Positions 25,395-34,431 of a stretch of 38,053 nt of DNA are shown here, in pieces. The position numbers were made by a program, and so were the translations under genes. The notes beneath the pieces were generated by a model that made no database searches, had not been told where the DNA came from, and saw nothing but the letters and a program-made list of their open reading frames with translations. This stretch comes from a virus (Duplodnaviria; Caudoviricetes). The first letter of the stretch is position 1. Each line of letters begins with the position of its first letter. The stretch spans positions 1 through 38,053 of the IMG/VR virus record IMGVR_UViG_3300046808_000440. One strand, written 5' to 3'.

Positions 25395-27020
25395 CTACGA
25401 TAAAGTTCTTGCTATTACTGATATTCGTTTAAAGTCAATCTGCGTGCTAAGATTAGCTGGTGATACTGTCAAATTAATATTGCCTGATGCCAATGTTGCG
25501 CTAACAGTAATCAGTGGAGATGCTCCAGTATACATTGTTCCATACTCAGTTACAAATGCATCCGTGCCATTATGAGTTACTAAAACTTCTGTGCAATGAA
25601 CCTGATTTGTCCATATTGCTTGTATCAAGTATTTAGCAGTTCTAAACTCAGTTGCACTGTAAGAGTCGACTACTTGATTTGCAGTAGTGTTAACTAGACT
25701 TTGCTCTCCAGATATTAAACCAGTTGATGGAGAAATAACTTGGGTAATATAAGCTGCACCATAAGAAAGAATTTCAATCGTATCACCATTACCCAGTGAT
25801 GGAGTAAATGACAGTGAAGTTCCATTGGTACCAGTATAATCGACACCTTCAATTAAACGAACACCGTTTTGATAAACATCAACCTTACCTACATCGTAGG
25901 TTAGTGTGTTTGAATTTGCATCTGCACCAGATATTGTAGATGTAGTGCTTGTAATATTATAAACATATTTCTGAAAATCTCTAAGAGAAGCATCAGTTGT
26001 CACTCCCGAAATGATTCTAAAATCAATTTTATCATTAAGATTTGGAGCTGCTACGAAAGTTAAATTTGATCCAGTTACAGTATAATTTGCAGTAGATTGA
26101 ACAACACCGTTTAGTGTAACGATTACGTTTTCATCAGTAGAAGGAACTAATCCTAAAGCATAAGTTGTTGTAGTTCCATCAGAAACAAAAGATGTAACTG
26201 TCACATAATTTTCACTAAGAGCAGTTCCACCAGCGGCAGTGGAAGTGATTGTTATTGTATCAGTGGTAGCATTGGTAGTTAAAGTTATACCTGAACCAGC
26301 TACTAAGGTCAGTGTATCTGAACTTGAGTCTGCTACTACGTTTGGTTGTCCTGCAACGGCAATAGTTGTAAACGAATTGCCAGATGAAGTTGCATTAAAA
26401 GTTATAGACTGTGGTGTTGCATTTGGATCCGTGGTAATGGTCATGCCAGTACCAGCAACAAATCGAACAGTATCTAATCCAGTTGCAACTAATGGAGATT
26501 GCCCAGTTACTTCCCACGTTTTAAACGTAGAATTCATTCCAATTTTAACTGCGCCAGATCCAAGATCTGTTACGTCGAAACCAGAATCAGTATCAAATCT
26601 GATTATACTGACATTGCTAACCGAACCAGTTATAACATTAGAACCATCTATCTCACTAACAGTTAAAGCAGATGCAGGTGTTACCCACTGAACACCGATG
26701 CCAGTTGATTGTAATACTTGTCCGTTAGTTCCTGCCAGACCACCAGCAGTTAGAGTACCAGTCAGCGTTAGATTGTTCGCTGTAGCACTATTGATCGTGG
26801 GTGATGTTAATGTTTTATTAAGAAGTGTTTCTGTGCCAGCTATTGTTGCATATGATGCAAGCTGAGTTGAATCTGGAAAGTACTTTATTGTATTCGTTGA
26901 ATCTTTATAAAATAACTTTCCATCAGTATAGTTGAGCGCTAACTCACCATACTCAAGATCTGTAAGTAGAGGTACTTTATTTTGTACCGCTGACTTTTTA
27001 AGTTTGACTCTATTCGCCAT
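25395..27020 (-). CDS. Tail fibre/branching hub with Mtd_N-like N-terminus
   Basis: 541 aa. KLKKS..P...LEYGELALNYTDGKLFYK start, two TIAV repeats, two small beta domains, and a C-terminal FRTAKYLIQ..EVLVTHNG..EYG domain typical of T4-like cyanophage fibres. Confidence 0.75.
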   Translation of the reverse strand: MANRVKLKKSAVQNKVPLLTDLEYGELALNYTDGKLFYKDSTNTIKYFPDSTQLASYATIAGTETLLNKTLTSPTINSATANNLTLTGTLTAGGLAGTNGQVLQSTGIGVQWVTPASALTVSEIDGSNVITGSVSNVSIIRFDTDSGFDVTDLGSGAVKIGMNSTFKTWEVTGQSPLVATGLDTVRFVAGTGMTITTDPNATPQSITFNATSSGNSFTTIAVAGQPNVVADSSSDTLTLVAGSGITLTTNATTDTITITSTAAGGTALSENYVTVTSFVSDGTTTTYALGLVPSTDENVIVTLNGVVQSTANYTVTGSNLTFVAAPNLNDKIDFRIISGVTTDASLRDFQKYVYNITSTTSTISGADANSNTLTYDVGKVDVYQNGVRLIEGVDYTGTNGTSLSFTPSLGNGDTIEILSYGAAYITQVISPSTGLISGEQSLVNTTANQVVDSYSATEFRTAKYLIQAIWTNQVHCTEVLVTHNGTDAFVTEYGTMYTGASPLITVSATLASGNINLTVSPANLSTQIDFKRISVIARTLS

Positions 27021-27031
27021 TACATTACCTT

Positions 27032-27063
27032 AAAAAAGGAAAAAGAGAGAATAAAAATTCTCT
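27032..27063 (-). terminator. Weak intrinsic terminator/attenuator candidate
   Basis: AGAGAAT-TTTT-ATTCTCT perfect 7-bp stem (27046..27063) followed by CTTTTTCCTTTTTT; the stem is AU-rich. Confidence 0.45.
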
Positions 27064-27064
27064 A

Positions 27065-29590
27065 TTAATATGTTCCGCCGTCAATGTCTCCGTATACGAG
27101 TGCAGTTCCAGCAGAATTAACCTGTAAAACTTGACCAGCAGTACCCATAGAAAGGGTAGTATATGTATTACCTGCTGCTCCAACTATTAATTGATTGGCA
27201 CTAATTGATGACAATCCAAGACCACCATATGCTGGTCCGATTGGATTGCCATTCCAGGTACCAGTAGTAATAGTACCAAGAGTTGTGATAGATGTTTGTC
27301 CAACATAAGTGGAAGCAATATCGATACTGTTTGCATTGGCAGTAATTCTATCTGTTGTTCCAACTACATCATATACACCAGATGTGAATGTTAATCCGTT
27401 ACCTGCTGTGGTAGAAAGGATCTGTAACTGATCGCCAATAACACCAAGACCGCCAGCAAGTGCGACATTGAGAGAGAATTCATTTCCAACTAAAGCAAGA
27501 CCAGAGCCAGCGGTATAAGTACCAGCGCCAGCAAACTGCTGCCAAACGAGAGGATCGGTTCCTACTACAACAACTTCTTCTGTTTGAACCCAGCCAGTGT
27601 TATTATAGAGATTTCCATTCTCAACGAAAACGAAATCACCACCAGCGATTTCTGCACCAGTATCAAAATCTGTTGCGCGAGTGAGAATTGTTCCGCCAGT
27701 TGCCCAAGTATAGATACCGTTTCTTGCAGCTGGTGTTTGATTCTTAACAAGAATACGATCACCGTTGATTAATGTATGACCATCAATGACAGTAACAGCT
27801 ACAGACAGAGTCAGTGTAGCTCCTACACCATCAGTTCCGTTATTGTATGTTACTGTTCCTCCAGTGATAGTTTCCAAAGATGCTTGCGTTGCGACATGAC
27901 ATGCTTCATGAATATGCAAACCTTCTGCAAGAGTATCAACATAGTTCTTCGTAGCTGCATCTTGTGGGAATTGTGGCTCTGCCAGGTTTTTAATTCTGGC
28001 AGTAGAAGCATCGATGGCACCAGTACCATTTGGATTTAGAACTATGTCACCGTTAGTATCGGTGGACATAATTTCATTGCCATTAATTCTGATATTGTCT
28101 ACATCTAATTGGGTTACGCCACCAAGAGAAGTAGAAGTAGCACCGAGTGCCACGTTTGTAGTACCAATTGTTATGCTAGAGTTAGCCAGTTGTGTATTCG
28201 AAACACCAGCTGTCTTAATCGTAACAGCACCTTCTGTTACATCAAAGCTGGCAGAACTAAACGAAGCAACACCGATATTTGTTGTGGTAGCAAGTTCACC
28301 AGTAACAGTGATTACGTTAGTAGCGTGGGTTACATCAATACCTTCGCCACCACGAATTTCAAACGTATGAGTCGATGGAACTAAAGCACCCGAATCAGTC
28401 GTAATAGATTTAACAACTCTATCAACCAGTTCAACAGCACCAAGTGTAACCGTGAAATCGTTTACATCAAAGGAAGCAACACCCTTATTTGTGGTAGTTG
28501 CCAACTCGGCATCAATTGTTACAGTACCAGCAGTGTCATCATAGGTAACATCAATACCTTCTCCTGCTATAACTGCACCAGCAGTAGCGTCTTGAATATA
28601 TTCTTGCAGAGAAGTAAATTCATCACCGATGTAAGTATTCTTAAGTATGGTCTTACCAGATCCATTTGGCAGAATACTAATGTCGCCATTATTATTTGTT
28701 GAGCTGATAATATTGCCATCGATATTAATATTATCAACTTGTAGAGATGTGAACGCACCACTATTTGGCGTTGTATTTCCAATTGGTGTTCCGTTGATAG
28801 AAGTAAATGTTACAGAAGCACCTTGAATGCTACCCTGAACATATAAGTTTCCAGCGATACCAACACCGCCATCGACAACTAAAGCGCCAGTGGTATAAGA
28901 AGTAGCCTGAGTAGTTGCATCGATGTTTACAGTTGCAACAGATGTTCCGATATCGATACTATCTGTATCAATAGACATTTTCAACACGCCATTGCTGTAG
29001 AATCTCAGAGTGTCATCTGATGCACCTGGAGTTAATTCTGCAGAAATGTATGTTAGTCCATCAACCGAGCGAACACCACCGAGTGATGCCCAGTTTGTTC
29101 CATCGTATCCTTCGAACTGACTTGATTCGCTGTTAAAACGAATACCACCAGCAACTGATGGTGCTCTTGTTGCAGTATTACCTACTGGGAGAATGAATGC
29201 ATTTGAACCGATAACCTGTACATATCCAGAACCATTTGGATCAAGATAGATGTTACCGTTTAATTCTGTGCTGCTTAAAGTGTTACCGTCTAATGTTAAA
29301 TTATCAACATTTAAAATGTCGATCTTATTTTGAGAATCTGTAATGATCGCTGATGATGCAGTAAGAACACCAGGAGTATGATCTAGTTTATCTGTAAAAT
29401 ACTGTCCGCCAATAACTATGTGGTTGGCTGCATCTGGTGGAGTTCCTGTCTCAGTTCCTATACCAATGTATAATCTTCCACCGCCAGCAACAGTACCATA
29501 ATCTGCTGCGGAATATGCTAGTTCGCCAGCGACAAGGTGAGATGGATTACCTTGTGTAGTCGAGCGTTTTATTCTGATATATGATGCCAT
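27065..29590 (-). CDS. Tail fibre protein with Mtd_N-like N-terminus
   Basis: 841 aa. IRIKRS..P..L.AGELAYS start, three VDN..(I/L).GN..S....G.I...PNG.G repeats, ATTTN.GVASF repeats, DAATKNYVD..GDRILVKNQ domain; ends IDGGTY. Confidence 0.8.
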   Translation of the reverse strand: MASYIRIKRSTTQGNPSHLVAGELAYSAADYGTVAGGGRLYIGIGTETGTPPDAANHIVIGGQYFTDKLDHTPGVLTASSAIITDSQNKIDILNVDNLTLDGNTLSSTELNGNIYLDPNGSGYVQVIGSNAFILPVGNTATRAPSVAGGIRFNSESSQFEGYDGTNWASLGGVRSVDGLTYISAELTPGASDDTLRFYSNGVLKMSIDTDSIDIGTSVATVNIDATTQATSYTTGALVVDGGVGIAGNLYVQGSIQGASVTFTSINGTPIGNTTPNSGAFTSLQVDNINIDGNIISSTNNNGDISILPNGSGKTILKNTYIGDEFTSLQEYIQDATAGAVIAGEGIDVTYDDTAGTVTIDAELATTTNKGVASFDVNDFTVTLGAVELVDRVVKSITTDSGALVPSTHTFEIRGGEGIDVTHATNVITVTGELATTTNIGVASFSSASFDVTEGAVTIKTAGVSNTQLANSSITIGTTNVALGATSTSLGGVTQLDVDNIRINGNEIMSTDTNGDIVLNPNGTGAIDASTARIKNLAEPQFPQDAATKNYVDTLAEGLHIHEACHVATQASLETITGGTVTYNNGTDGVGATLTLSVAVTVIDGHTLINGDRILVKNQTPAARNGIYTWATGGTILTRATDFDTGAEIAGGDFVFVENGNLYNNTGWVQTEEVVVVGTDPLVWQQFAGAGTYTAGSGLALVGNEFSLNVALAGGLGVIGDQLQILSTTAGNGLTFTSGVYDVVGTTDRITANANSIDIASTYVGQTSITTLGTITTGTWNGNPIGPAYGGLGLSSISANQLIVGAAGNTYTTLSMGTAGQVLQVNSAGTALVYGDIDGGTY

Positions 29591-29602
29591 CTTTTACCTT
29601 TT

Positions 29603-30034
29603 TTAATAGTGTCCGCCAGTTATGTCTTGCATATCCAACAGTCTTGTTGCAGTCCACTCATTATTTTTATAAACCAATACCGAACCTTCTTCTGCATTAC
29701 TTGTAACTGCGCTTAATGGATTAGCAGCTGCCCAAAAGTAACCATTGTATATAACCATATAAGGGAGTTGGGAGCTGCTTCCTGCAGGATTCCAGAGAAC
29801 CCCATCCGCATACGCGACCATCCCTGAAACAGGACTTGTTGGAGCAGTAGAACTGACTCCAAGACGTATAATTTGATCGCCATTCCTAACCCAGCCATTA
29901 TATAATGTAGTACCATTACCGAATATTGTATATAACTCGGTAAAATTAGAGTTGATCTTGGCGCCAGCGTCGCGTAACGGATCACCGCTACCGTCATTCG
30001 GTTGTTCCCCTAGATCTATAATTTCTTTAGCCAT
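29603..30034 (-). CDS. Short baseplate-anchoring fibre connector with T4 gp9/gp10-like N-terminus
   Basis: MAKEIIDLGEQPNDGSGDPLRDAGAKINSNFTELY matches the gp9/gp10 N-terminal signature; ends ITGGHY. Confidence 0.75.
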   Translation of the reverse strand: MAKEIIDLGEQPNDGSGDPLRDAGAKINSNFTELYTIFGNGTTLYNGWVRNGDQIIRLGVSSTAPTSPVSGMVAYADGVLWNPAGSSSQLPYMVIYNGYFWAAANPLSAVTSNAEEGSVLVYKNNEWTATRLLDMQDITGGHY

Positions 30035-30039
30035 AATTC

Positions 30040-30047
30040 TATTTATT
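30040..30047 (-). promoter_or_regulatory. T4-like late promoter (AATAAATA), 5 nt before ATG
   Basis: Minus strand reads AATAAATA-GAATT-ATG; intergenic. Confidence 0.6.
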
Positions 30048-30064
30048 TACCAACCAAGTTGCCT

Positions 30065-30790
30065 TTATTTCTGGTTTAGCACTATTGACAAGTTATCAAT
30101 GAATGGACCCTGTGTATCTCCACCGACCAAAAAATTTATATCTAATACGCTGGCTATTGCGGCAGTAGGTTTATTCGACAAAGATCCAGTTTTCCAAACT
30201 GCTGCATGGGTGCCATTGGCACTAGAAGCCATAATAGTTCCGTTCCCAATACTTCCAAATCTACCTACGTTGTTAAACGTAACTGAGGAAGTTTGGTTAG
30301 CCAACAAAAATTCAGAAGCAACTGTAGCGCCAATAATTCCTGTAGTTTGTGCGTCTGCAGTAACTGACCCACCACCCATATTTGTTATAAAATTTGTAAT
30401 ATCACCGTCACGCTGCACAAAACTACCATTTTCGCCAAGTAAAAACATAGCTCCACCTGTCGCTAAATAACTGGCATATTTTGTTTCTACTGCTTCTGTC
30501 ATATACGTATCATAACCAACATCCCATATATGGGCATAATTCTCAACAGTCACATCTGGTATAGCCAAAAAACTACTGTATGTTGTAACTGTTGCTGGAA
30601 TAAATGTTAACGCAGTTTCTCTGCTGCTTATTGTAGAAGCGATACTAGATGGATTAACATCATTAGTATACATGTCTGGTCTAATCGAGTTTGGATCATA
30701 AACTATCAATACATTTTTAGACTTTGTTATACTTCGATCCATAATTCTTCGATTCGACCAAAACCCTATATGTGCTCCACCAATCGGCAT
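30065..30790 (-). CDS. Hypothetical protein, probable alpha/beta (class I GATase-like/DUF4350-like) fold
   Basis: 241 aa; Y.HIWD..KYASYLATGGAMFLLGEN motif; N-terminal MPIGGAHIGF. Confidence 0.6.
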   Translation of the reverse strand: MPIGGAHIGFWSNRRIMDRSITKSKNVLIVYDPNSIRPDMYTNDVNPSSIASTISSRETALTFIPATVTTYSSFLAIPDVTVENYAHIWDVGYDTYMTEAVETKYASYLATGGAMFLLGENGSFVQRDGDITNFITNMGGGSVTADAQTTGIIGATVASEFLLANQTSSVTFNNVGRFGSIGNGTIMASSANGTHAAVWKTGSLSNKPTAAIASVLDINFLVGGDTQGPFIDNLSIVLNQK

Positions 30791-30791
30791 A

Positions 30792-31517
30792 TCAATCTCC
30801 AGTAAAAATATATTTACGCAACTTTACGTTATCAACTAACAATGCAGAGCCGACGACAGTACCGTATGTTTGATCCCAAGAACCACAAACAAACACAAAG
30901 TAATAAGCTCCTTCTTCACCAGCAGTAATAGTTCTCTCATATTTTGTCCAAGAAGTAGCAGTTCCACGAACTGCTGCTGAATCATTCAAAAGAAAAATAA
31001 TATTTCCAAAAGTATTAAAAGCATACGCTCTAGCAGCATATGCATCATTACGCTGCTGATTTGAAGAACTAAATGCTCTCCAATAAAATTCTATGGTGTC
31101 TCCAACATTCGCAAATACTGCATTGTTAGAGTAGAAATACGGTCCATAAAGACTGCCACCCTCACCACTTTGTGCTGCATAACTTTCCAAAGCTACGCAT
31201 TTTAATCCGCCATCTGGTGGCGGAGAACCAATACCGCCACCTTCATTATGAAGAGCTATTCTTCCGATATATTCTTGGGCATTATTACCATAAACATCTC
31301 CTGGACTACCATAAGGGTTCGGGTTTGGATTAGGTGGTGCTGCTATACCATTAATAACTGTTGGACTTCTTCCTGAACTATTGAAGAAAAATCTATTGTT
31401 GACCATAGTCCACTCAGTTAAATCATTCTCAAATCCCCCGTTTGGATACTGATCTGCACCAGGTTGTCCACCAGGGTAACGAAATCTAAATCCTAATCTA
31501 GAACCACCAATAAACAT
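30792..31517 (-). CDS. Hypothetical protein, probable carbohydrate-binding jelly-roll
   Basis: 241 aa; NGGFE..L..W start and LLVDNVKL end, as in CBM-like domains; N-terminal MFIGGSRLGF. Confidence 0.6.
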   Translation of the reverse strand: MFIGGSRLGFRFRYPGGQPGADQYPNGGFENDLTEWTMVNNRFFFNSSGRSPTVINGIAAPPNPNPNPYGSPGDVYGNNAQEYIGRIALHNEGGGIGSPPPDGGLKCVALESYAAQSGEGGSLYGPYFYSNNAVFANVGDTIEFYWRAFSSSNQQRNDAYAARAYAFNTFGNIIFLLNDSAAVRGTATSWTKYERTITAGEEGAYYFVFVCGSWDQTYGTVVGSALLVDNVKLRKYIFTGD

Positions 31518-34225
31518 TACGCATATCCAGTGGTCATCACAGAATAATATGTTGTTCCATCATAGAATATGCTTATTAAATCAATAGCGTTAGCGGTAGT
31601 GCTAAGTGTCTTAAATCCGACTGCGAATTTATACGCAGCATTCGCTGTCATAACTTTACTTCCAGTTCCATCCTGCTGAATAATAAGAGTCATACTTTGA
31701 CCAGCAACCATACCAGTGGCAGGGTTTAATGTGAAGTTGGAATTTGCAATATACTTTTGTACGCTACCATTATCAAAGTTTGGTGTAATGGCAGTACCAG
31801 TGTTTCCTGCATCAAGATAACTATCAACGAACTCAGCATTGACAGTCATGGAAAGATTACCAGTATCAGTGAAGTTTACGGTACCAGAACCTGTTAGGTT
31901 TCTTGCAAGGTTGACTGTCAGTGTTGGTTTGTTAACTAGAGTTGCCCAGTTAGCAACCACTGCCTCTTCAGCAGAAGCAGTAAGTCTACCATAAGCATCA
32001 ACGGTATAACGTGGCACATTAGTCGCGACAGATGCAGTTCCAGCATCTCCGTATGAACCTGCTGTTACTCCAGTTGTAGGAAGATCAATATTAACAATAG
32101 TTGTTTCTTTAGATACTACAGCATAAGCAGTAGCACCAATACCAGGATCTGGATTAGAATCTGTAATCGTTACAGTTGGTTCTGTTCTATAACCAGTACC
32201 AGCATTCGTTAAATTGATTCCAACAACAGTATGTGTTCCAATGGTCGATGTTACAACTGCATTAGATCCGCCACTTGGTGCAGTATCAGTAATTGTTACA
32301 GTTGGTGGCATCAAATATCCAGAGCCAGCATTGTTAATTGTAACACTTGTTATTGTTCCACCAGTAATATTTGCAGTTGCCGCTGCGTTAGATCCATCTC
32401 CACCGATAGTTACAGATGGTGCAGTTAAGTATCCTGAACCTGGATCAGTGATGGTGATTGAGGCAATACCAAATTGTCCTATTGTACAAGAAGCAGTTGC
32501 ATTAGTTCCATCACCAGTGATAGTTACGGATGGAGCAGCCAGATATCCTGATCCTGCATTTGTTAAAACAATTCCTGTTACAGTTGATGTTCCAATTGTT
32601 GCGCTGGCAGAAGCATCAGTGCCACTACCAGAAAGTCTGGTGATAGTTACAGTTGGTGGTGATAGATATCCAGAACCTTGATTTAGTACGTCAATACCGA
32701 TGATACTTGAAGTGCCGATAGTAGCAGATGCGGTTGCCGATACACCATCACCAGTGATTGTTACGGTTGGTGCAATCAAATATCCAGAACCAGCGTTTGT
32801 TAAGTTAATGCTCTCGACGGTAAATTTACCAATAATAGCAATAATCTGCGCGCCAACACCAGGATTTGGATCTGTATCTAAAATTGTAACTGTTGGTGGA
32901 TTTAAGTATCCAGAACCAGCATTTGTAATATTAACATCAATAATAACACCAGAAGAAATAACTGGAACCCCAGTAGCAGTAACGCCACCTGGTTTTTCTG
33001 GAGCAGAGAAAGTGATAGTAGTTGTTGCTGCGTGATATCCAGAACCACCAATAAGACCGACATAACATTGAATAACTGGAGAACCAGAGAATACTACTGT
33101 ACCAGTGGCAGTGACACCACCTGGTTTTTGTGGTGCTGAGAAAGCAACAGTTCCGTTGGTATAAGCAGCACCTACGTTAGTGATTGTAGTACCAGTAACA
33201 GCAGCGCCAGAAAGTTCTGCTTGGGCAGTAGCGTTTACGCCACCTGCAACTTGTGGTGCAGAAATTGTAACTGTTACGTTCCCATTAGTATAGCCAGAAC
33301 CACCAATTAAGTTGGTGATCGCAGTAATGGGAGAACCTGACAGAGAAACAGTACCAGTGGCAGTAACTCCACCTGGCAATGTTGGAGCAGAGAATGTTAC
33401 GTTGGCATTACCGAACGTATATCCAGATCCTGCATTTGTTACAGTTACTGTTTGAACTCCGTTACCAGTAAAGTTTGCAGTTCCTGTTGCGGTGACACCA
33501 CCAACAACTTGTGGCGCAGAGAATGTAACAGGAGCAGTTGTATATCCAGTACCTTGCGCTGTGATAGAAACACCACTGACAGATCCACCAGAAAGTGTGA
33601 CGTTGGCAGTTGCCTGAACACCACCAACCTTATCTGGTGCAGAAAGTGTCGCTGTTGTAGTTGGGTGACGATATCCAGTACCAGCATTAGTAATATTAAA
33701 ACCAGTAACAGAAGCGCCAGATAGTGTAACTGTTGCAGTCGCTTGTGTTCCGCCAGCATCATCTGGCGCAGAAATTGTTACTGTTGTAGTTGGATAATGA
33801 TATCCAGAGCCATTAGTCGCTAAAAATAGTCTCCAAATAGCACCGAAAGGATCAATAGGATCTGGTGGCAATAGTTCAATGTTAACTGTTTCTAATGGAG
33901 AATAAACCGCAGAAACATAGTCACCTTCGGTATCAATACCGAGAACAACTGCGTTATGAACAACAGTTGTTGGCAGAGTTATATTTCCCTCACCATCAAA
34001 TGTTACGTTTCCGCTAACGTCCCCAGTTAGCGTCAATGTTCTATTTGCATTTAATGCATTAAGAGCTGCTACTATGTTTGCTTGAGTACTGGTAGTAAGA
34101 AGTGCAAGATCACCGACATTTAATACTGTCTGGTTAGACTGAGTTATTGTACCGTTGGTTTTTTGTCTCCACTGGTCAAACGTATCAGTTTGGGGGACTG
34201 TGATAACTGGAGTTTGAAGAGCCAT
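31517..34225 (-). CDS. Baseplate-associated fibre with 14 (N/G)xGSGY repeats
   Basis: 902 aa. TDTFDQWRQKTN T4-like N-terminus, LTGDVSG and GVTAGSYG..TVDAYGRLT fibre motifs, C-terminal GQSMTLIIQQDGTG..LSTTANAIDLISI.YDG domain. Confidence 0.75.
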   Translation of the reverse strand: MALQTPVITVPQTDTFDQWRQKTNGTITQSNQTVLNVGDLALLTTSTQANIVAALNALNANRTLTLTGDVSGNVTFDGEGNITLPTTVVHNAVVLGIDTEGDYVSAVYSPLETVNIELLPPDPIDPFGAIWRLFLATNGSGYHYPTTTVTISAPDDAGGTQATATVTLSGASVTGFNITNAGTGYRHPTTTATLSAPDKVGGVQATANVTLSGGSVSGVSITAQGTGYTTAPVTFSAPQVVGGVTATGTANFTGNGVQTVTVTNAGSGYTFGNANVTFSAPTLPGGVTATGTVSLSGSPITAITNLIGGSGYTNGNVTVTISAPQVAGGVNATAQAELSGAAVTGTTITNVGAAYTNGTVAFSAPQKPGGVTATGTVVFSGSPVIQCYVGLIGGSGYHAATTTITFSAPEKPGGVTATGVPVISSGVIIDVNITNAGSGYLNPPTVTILDTDPNPGVGAQIIAIIGKFTVESINLTNAGSGYLIAPTVTITGDGVSATASATIGTSSIIGIDVLNQGSGYLSPPTVTITRLSGSGTDASASATIGTSTVTGIVLTNAGSGYLAAPSVTITGDGTNATASCTIGQFGIASITITDPGSGYLTAPSVTIGGDGSNAAATANITGGTITSVTINNAGSGYLMPPTVTITDTAPSGGSNAVVTSTIGTHTVVGINLTNAGTGYRTEPTVTITDSNPDPGIGATAYAVVSKETTIVNIDLPTTGVTAGSYGDAGTASVATNVPRYTVDAYGRLTASAEEAVVANWATLVNKPTLTVNLARNLTGSGTVNFTDTGNLSMTVNAEFVDSYLDAGNTGTAITPNFDNGSVQKYIANSNFTLNPATGMVAGQSMTLIIQQDGTGSKVMTANAAYKFAVGFKTLSTTANAIDLISIFYDGTTYYSVMTTGYA
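32110..33815 (-). repeat. Protein-level repeat array: 7 type-A plus 7 type-B GSGY units of ~38-43 aa
   Basis: Type A is GY..T(F/I/L)SAP..GG..AT; type B is GY..P(T/S)VTI..G..A. Coordinates approximate. Confidence 0.85.
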
Positions 34226-34431
34226 TATTGTTTACCTATTAAAGTAGCGAGCATCTCTTTTATTTCTGACATATCTTTTTTAAGACTATCAATTTCTTGT
34301 TTTTGTTTAGCCATCATATTACGTTTTTCAACATAATTTTGATATTCTTTGACATTAGTATTTATGATAGCCTTACTAGAGCCATCTCTAATAAGACTAT
34401 CATTACCATCAACTTTATAATAATCTGTCAT
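34225..34431 (-). CDS. Small conserved T4-like hypothetical protein with C-terminal coiled coil
   Basis: KVDGNDSLIRD..SKAIINTN..EI..LK.DMSEIKEML. Likely start is ATG 34431 (ATGA overlap). This family typically follows the VrlC-like gene. Confidence 0.75.
   Translation of the reverse strand: MTDYYKVDGNDSLIRDGSSKAIINTNVKEYQNYVEKRNMMAKQKQEIDSLKKDMSEIKEMLATLIGKQ
34359..34366 (-). promoter_or_regulatory. Possible intragenic late promoter (CATAAATA)
   Basis: NATAAATA about 130 nt upstream of the 902-aa fibre; may be only a by-product of the IINT codons. Confidence 0.25.

Noticed and set aside
25395-29590. Diversity-generating retroelement suggested by the Mtd_N-like domains
   Set aside because: No reverse transcriptase, no adenine-variable TR/VR repeat pair and no C-type lectin end seen in the window.
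22117-33724. Plus-strand Val/Pro/Ser-rich ORFs opposite the fibres, and short alternative-frame minus ORFs
   Set aside because: Shadows of Thr/Gly-rich repetitive genes that fully overlap convincing CDSs.
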